Origin: Botryllus schlosseri
Lineage: Eukaryota
Length of the DNA stretch: 64,000 nt
Direction of reading: 5' to 3'
NCBI GenBank assembly: GCA_051294905.1
Contig: CM119371.1
Coordinates: 13,394,001-13,458,000, forward strand
In this document: piece by piece, positions 58,124-64,000 of the stretch
Layout of the letters: every line of letters begins with the position of its first letter
Numbering within the stretch: position 1 is the stretch's first letter
The notes under the pieces: model-generated
Told to the model about the DNA's origin: nothing
Database searches by the model: none
Seen by the model: the letters and a program-made list of their open reading frames with translations, nothing else
Translations under genes and position numbers: made by a program

Positions 58124-60803
58124 CAGGGTTCTAACCAATATCACAATGCTCTGAGTCACAAGTCAATCTGACTTTTATAGTGTCGACTCGAGTCTAGTCG
58201 AGTCATTTTTAGTTAACTCCTGAGTCAAGTCCTAGTCCAAGTCAGCGAGCAGAGGTTCGAGTCCGAGTCATGGTATTATGACTCGAGTCCAGTCATACCG
58301 TTGACTGCTCAGTTTCCATTAAATTTCTCGTTTAACTCACTTTTTGTAACTCTGTTTGGCGACATCGAGCGGTCGGCATTTAAAATATACTAATTTTTTT
58401 CACTTAACAGTTTCTGGTCACATCTTCAAGTACCGCTACCAATAGACCAGCTGTCTCAAACACGCGGCTCGCGAGACCATTTTGTGGGGCCCGCGATGGC
58501 ATTTTTGATTTCGAGTATTCGACAATAGTCAACTGCCAAGTATATATTTTTTAATTTGAGAACTGGAAATGCGCTCTAAAACTACCCCAGAAGCCTGAAC
58601 TATTCATCAAACCTCACTATTACATCAATTTCAATTACCACGCAGTGGAAGATCAACTATTACGTCACATCACTTGCTTACGATGGTAAAACATGACCCG
58701 GCAATGATTCGTGACGGAAAATGTGATTTGGACTTGAGCGCGACCTTTTGTAGAATTACACAAACTCGGACTCAATGTGTGATGTTAATCACCTAGTCAA
58801 TCCGAAATCGAGTAACTTTACTAGAAGGTCGCACCAAATCAAATCACAATTTTCAGTCAACAATCATCAACGGGTCATGTTTTATCATCATGAACTAGAA
58901 ATGTGACGTAATGGCTGATCTTCTACCGCATGGTAGCTTCTAAAAGTGATGTGATAGTGAAGTTTGCTGAGATTTCAGTGATTTTTATAGTAGTTTCAGC
59001 GCGTGAACTTCAAGTTCTTATATCTAAAAAAAGATATAGTATGGCGCTTGAATACATTGTTGAATACTTGAAACTCCAAAATGCCGTTGCGGGCCATACA
59101 AAATGCTCTCACGGCGGCATGCGGCCCGCGTGTTTGAGACCTCCGATCAATAGCCTAGTTATAAAGAGTAGCCTACGCCCGAAACCAGTATTAGACTGTA
59201 GGCCTACTGCTCCAATGCTCTGATATCAGATAAATCTCTTTAAAGTTCTACAATATTCTATCTATAATTGTGACACGTCAAAGATCCACTAGCTGGAGAA
59301 TTTTATCGCTACTGCTTGTGCGATGTCCTGATGCATTTGTTCTCTCGCATGGTGTCTACAACTAAATATACAACTACTATGCCAGGTACACCGACAATTT
59401 ATTCAAATATTTTTAAATGAATTTTTTTTTTCGTGTCGGGCTTGAATTCACAATAGTGAATCACATTTTCACAATGCGTGTGGAATGTCAGTCTGGAAGG
59501 TCACGTCGAATAATACCTACTTGGAAATACATTGAACCCCCTATTATTGGCGCTGCGGCCCGCGGCGCAATCAAAAAGTACGAAATTGAGCCGCTAGCAG
59601 CCTACTATTAAGTTTGAAACCTCTGCAATAGACAAAATACCAATAGCGTGTTTACTAGGGATGGTGTGAACCTCTGAAAGGTTCAGGTTCGTGTGAACGT
59701 GAACCTTTTTGAAAGGTTCTGTGTGAACACGAACGTGAACCTCATGACGTCACGTGACGTCATATTGCTAATTTCAACCCCAATTTCAATTAGGTGACTG
59801 CCTATATTAATCTACTGTACACGATATCGAGCGACGACTCGGGGCCACATAATAGCTCAGTACTTATAAATACATATTGACGTTTGAAACGTCGCCAAAT
59901 GTATCAACTGGGGAAATCAAATGATATAATAATCCCATAAAATCAGTATCTTGCGTCGCTTTGCCGACAATTTCGACCTGATCGGACAATGTATTCGGCG
60001 TCTGAGTATTGCCACATGGATATTGAGCAGAGTGTAAAATGGGTTTCTATGTTTTCTACCGATTAACAAGTTATACAGCAGAATAGCCAACACCCCAGTC
60101 GCACGGATTTGGATTTTATGATACAGTATACATATGTAGTCAAGATTGACCCCGTACGCCTGCTAGATTTTTACATCAGAAGACGATATCAATCTCATTG
60201 ATTGGTTGAATAAGGATCATTCGCTGACAAAATACAGTGTATTTCGCTCTTGATGTCATGTGATTGAGGGTCAAGCTCACAGCACAGAGACACTATAAAT
60301 ATGCACAAACGGAAAGCTGGATATTTCGAGTAAACTTGTAACAATACAAGTAAATCTTCGAGATTGTCAAGGGCATGCTCGTTTAGTGCAGTTGAATGTT
60401 TATGCTGCCAGCTCCATGCATAGAGTAGCCCGCAGTTGAAAGTCAATAAATTGAACCAAAGATGTTATAATGAAGTGAAAATTGCAATATATGAAAAAGG
60501 TTCACAGTGCAGAACCTACCAAGGTTCTGTTGTGAACGCGAACCTCAAATTTTCCGAGGTTCACACACAGAACGCGAACGTGAACCTCACGTTCACATCA
60601 TCCCTAGTGTTTACTTACTATTCTTCAAAATTACAATGAAATGTCGGGCTTGGCCGTCTGAGTCTCGAGTCATATGATTTTGTCAGAATCATAAGCAATG
60701 ACCCAGATCCGAGTCAAATCATTACACAGATTGACTCGAGTCGAGTCATTTCCTTATTTTGAGAAAATGACTCGAGTCAAGTCGAGTCATCAGAAAATCG
60801 TTG
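58124..60803. mobile_element. gactcgagtc-family MITE with nested elements 58448-59625 and 59656-60606, inserted in an old PLE fragment
   Basis: TSDs ttcggtat/ttctgtat, caatagac and gtgtttac; flanks rejoin to the PLE ORF start (aattgtatattg.agttc.gta.ctccaagaagct). Confidence 0.78.
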
Positions 60804-60987
60804 TTCTGTATCTCCAAGAAGCTGTTCGAATTACAACAATTACGGTTTTAAACAATGTGATACGTGTATTTGAATCAAAGTGCCCTGCCGTGATCACAGC
60901 CATAGTTTACATATGACATCAATATCATACCTGCATTCAATTTCACAGATATTGAACCATATTTTCTATTTATCTTAGCTATAGAAA

Positions 60988-62153
60988 ATGACAATAAAAG
61001 TCGAGGGGCAAATCAACGAATCGTTGCTCGGCAGCGCGCGGATCGCAAACAATACACCCCAACGATTCGAGAGACCGAAATCCAGCGATGACATTACAAT
61101 AAAGAACAGAAACCCTATAAATGAGTTTGTCAGCTCATCCGTGGGAAACCATGCCAAATTGGAACCTATTAAAGAGACACCGGAGCCGTCCAAAATCCCA
61201 ACCAAGCAAATCCCAGACCGCAGAGAGACCGGCTTCACAGGCCTGTCGACATCGGCAACACCTGCTTTATGAACTGTATCTTACAATCGCTGGCTAACCT
61301 GAAAGAGTTACGCGACTACTTCCTGACCGGTCGGTTTCGGAAGGATTTGAATTACTCCAACCGGCTTGTTACTGGGGGCGTTCTGGCGGATAAATATCAC
61401 ACAACGCTAAAACTCATCTGGTCCCAGTCATTCGAAACTTACCCGCCTTATGAGTTGAAAGCTGTCGTTTCAAAGCACGCATCGCAATTCTCCGGCTTCA
61501 TGCAGCACGACGCTCAAGAATTTCTGGCCGTTTTTCTGGATTTATTGCACGAAGACCTGAATTGGGTCGCTGACAAGCCCCTTTTCGAGACGCCCGATCT
61601 CAGTAATTTTTCGGACAAGGTCATCGCGGAAGAACTATGGAAGTTGCACAAGTCCCGCAATGACTCGTATATAGTCGATTTATTTCACGGTATGCTAAAA
61701 TCAATACTGACTTGTTCGCAGTGTGACAAATGATCGACCACTTTCGATCCATTCGTGTTTTTGTCAGTTCCCATTCCGCACGGGAAAATGAGAATCGGTG
61801 TTACGTTTTGCGGTGAGGAGACGGGACCTGCTACGTTTGACGTGCTGGTTTCGGGTACAGAAACGGCGTCACACCTACTGGCGGCAGCAAGCGTCAAATA
61901 TAACGTTCCGTTTGAGAGTTTGAAATTGCTCAACATCACTTCGACTTGCGAATGTGAGGAAATGTCAAAAGCGTCATCTCTGTCATACTGTCGCTACGCA
62001 ACTTTCATCGTGCTACAAAATGAACGCATGTCAGGCGACGTAGATACACGTACAGTCGTGGTTTTACAACGCCAGAACACGAGGGACGTATGCCGGAATT
62101 GCGACAAAACCGCGAAAGAACATAACGTAAAAGTAATGAGGTGTAAGAACTGA
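60988..62153 (+). pseudogene. Intronless USP19-like ubiquitin C-terminal hydrolase fragment (Cys box, QHDAQE, start of MYND finger)
   Basis: GFTGL.(N)IGNTCFMN, QHDAQEF...LHEDLN, IVDLFHG..KS...C..C, TFDPF..LSVP; 1-nt deletion near 61249, TGA at 61731 and 62151; no His box. Confidence 0.85.
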
Positions 62154-62379
62154 CCACAAACAACGAAAACGCAGGGAATGTAGGTATAGCTATCACATAC
62201 CACAATTAGGGGGAATAGGTATTGCAGCCGAACACAGCATAAAGGACACAAACAACGACAATGCAGCCTATGGAAGTAGCTATCACATACCACAATTTAA
62301 CGTAGCTATGGATGGAAAATACATAACAGCTTAAAAAAACGTTGAAGGCGTTGATCAGAGAGAGGACGTAGTTTATTTT

Positions 62380-62686
62380 TGTCCTTGATGTTTTTGCGGC
62401 ATATACACCGACTCATGATACACATACACACGATCTGCGCATATGCATACCATGAGTGCATGATGTGCATATGCCGCCGGACAAGGAAGTGCAGATATAG
62501 CCTTTACGACTTTCTAAGTCATGCACCACCCCTCCATGCTATTCCAATAATGCATGAGCGCCAAGCAGGGCAGCCATGGATACCAGTGTTACTAATCAGG
62601 TATTTGGTCTGACTCGGCCGGGAATCGAACCCACGACCTACCCGATCAAGAAGCCGGACGCTTAACCATTACGCTATCTTGTCGGC
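62380..62686 (-). mobile_element. tRNA-derived SINE with structured 3' body
   Basis: Minus strand A box tagcgtaatgg, B box ggttcgattcc, followed by a body shared with 16435-16600. Confidence 0.8.
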
Positions 62687-64000
62687 CACAGCTACTTAAG
62701 TAAGGGAATGTATTGGCTCTGCACTACGTATTGGTCGTCGTTACCATACAATTCCTACAAGACAAGAATGTTGTATTCCGAAATCGATAGCGCGTTTCAC
62801 TGCGCTTCGATTGTCCAATTGTTAGCGAATAGTGCATGAGGCAAATTAGTTTGCGCCTCACCTGGCCATTGTTTCTCTGCGATGGCATTCTCTGTAATAA
62901 AGCCGAATATCACCTTCATTGGTGATTTTGAGGGGGTTCTGGTGCTCTGACACTGTTAATATTTGGATTTTCGGAATCAGTGTGACGATAGCAATTGATT
63001 GATACCAGTTATTATGAATTCCGAGTTATTTATGATGAATTGCATCGTCGCAGGTGAGGCACGACACGTCCATGCCTCACCTGTGCCTCACCTTTCCTTT
63101 CGCGCTGTATTTTTGAATAATAATTATATAAATTGATGATGTTGGCTGAAAAATAGGTTCAAATTTAAATATTTATGAACATCGATGTAAAACACCAATA
63201 ATCATCGACTCATCAAGGGTTTTCACAATTTTCACTTACTCACCCAGACGACAGGTGAGGCACTGCCTCACCTGCCTCATTGGACCGCACGTCACTGGCT
63301 ATCCCCGATAAAGTACAGAACGTGGGCACCAAACCGTGTAATCATTTGAATAGACTTAATCCTGAGGCTTCCAATGTAAAAGTACCCAGAGAGAAAGACA
63401 CAGAATTGGCGTGTTGCTCACACTACATCAATTCCAGTCCAAACGCAGATTCCTACACCGATATGGATGTGTTGGATTGAATACTTCTGTAAAGTCACTT
63501 GGTATTTATTAGGGATTTTAATATTTACCGTATTGTGGTCTGCCTTGGTGTACTTGCTTCATCGGGTGACGAATTTCATTGTTTTTATATGAAATGGTTT
63601 CATTGAGCGAATAGAACTCGTAATGTCTCGAAATGTGTCGGTGGGGATCTGGAAATCCACGTGTTCTTTGAAGGGGAGTGTTTTCTTCTAGAGTGATCTT
63701 CAAAGTAGAACTTAGTTTTATTATCACAGCAGGCGGCTTAGCAAAAGGCTGGTACCAGGTTTTGCATTACCACAGCTGAATTTTAGCCAGGGGCGGTCGA
63801 TAAATTCCGCTTTACTTGGGTGCTGAAGTAGCTATGTACTATACTATGTAGCAGTGTACTATACTACTACTATGTATGCAGTTATATTTTTGACCAATAT
63901 GTTTTAGCCAAAACTACATACATTTCTGTGTGCAAAGATTGGTTTTGCGATATGTTTGCAATGCTGATATGAGTGAAATTGTCATAGCTACAGGCAATAT

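Overview
Eukaryotic (animal) genomic DNA, very rich in transposons; an invertebrate such as an ascidian is plausible but only inferred. Most of the window (about 220-52631) is one multi-exon adhesion GPCR gene on the minus strand. I reconstructed it by hand from phase-compatible exons: LamG-like, two discoidin/FA58C-like, PAN/Apple, HormR, GAIN/GPS and a latrophilin-like 7TM. Its introns hold three notable things. (1) A 5'-clipped, tail-less L1/Tx1 LINE with open ORF1/ORF2 sits exactly at the junction of a ~2.4-kb direct duplication that copies the TM5 and TM6-7 exons. (2) A very young ~9-kb head-to-head palindromic insertion of a Penelope-like retroelement (RT + GIY-YIG) has each arm longer than one 2692-bp unit. 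Each unit boundary carries a minimal hammerhead ribozyme with a palindromic loop III and a predicted pseudoknot, and the whole insertion is nested in a hAT-type element with intact ends. (3) Many nested hAT-type MITEs with 8-bp TSDs and tRNA-derived SINEs. An intronless, disabled USP19-like deubiquitinase fragment lies at about 61-62 kb.
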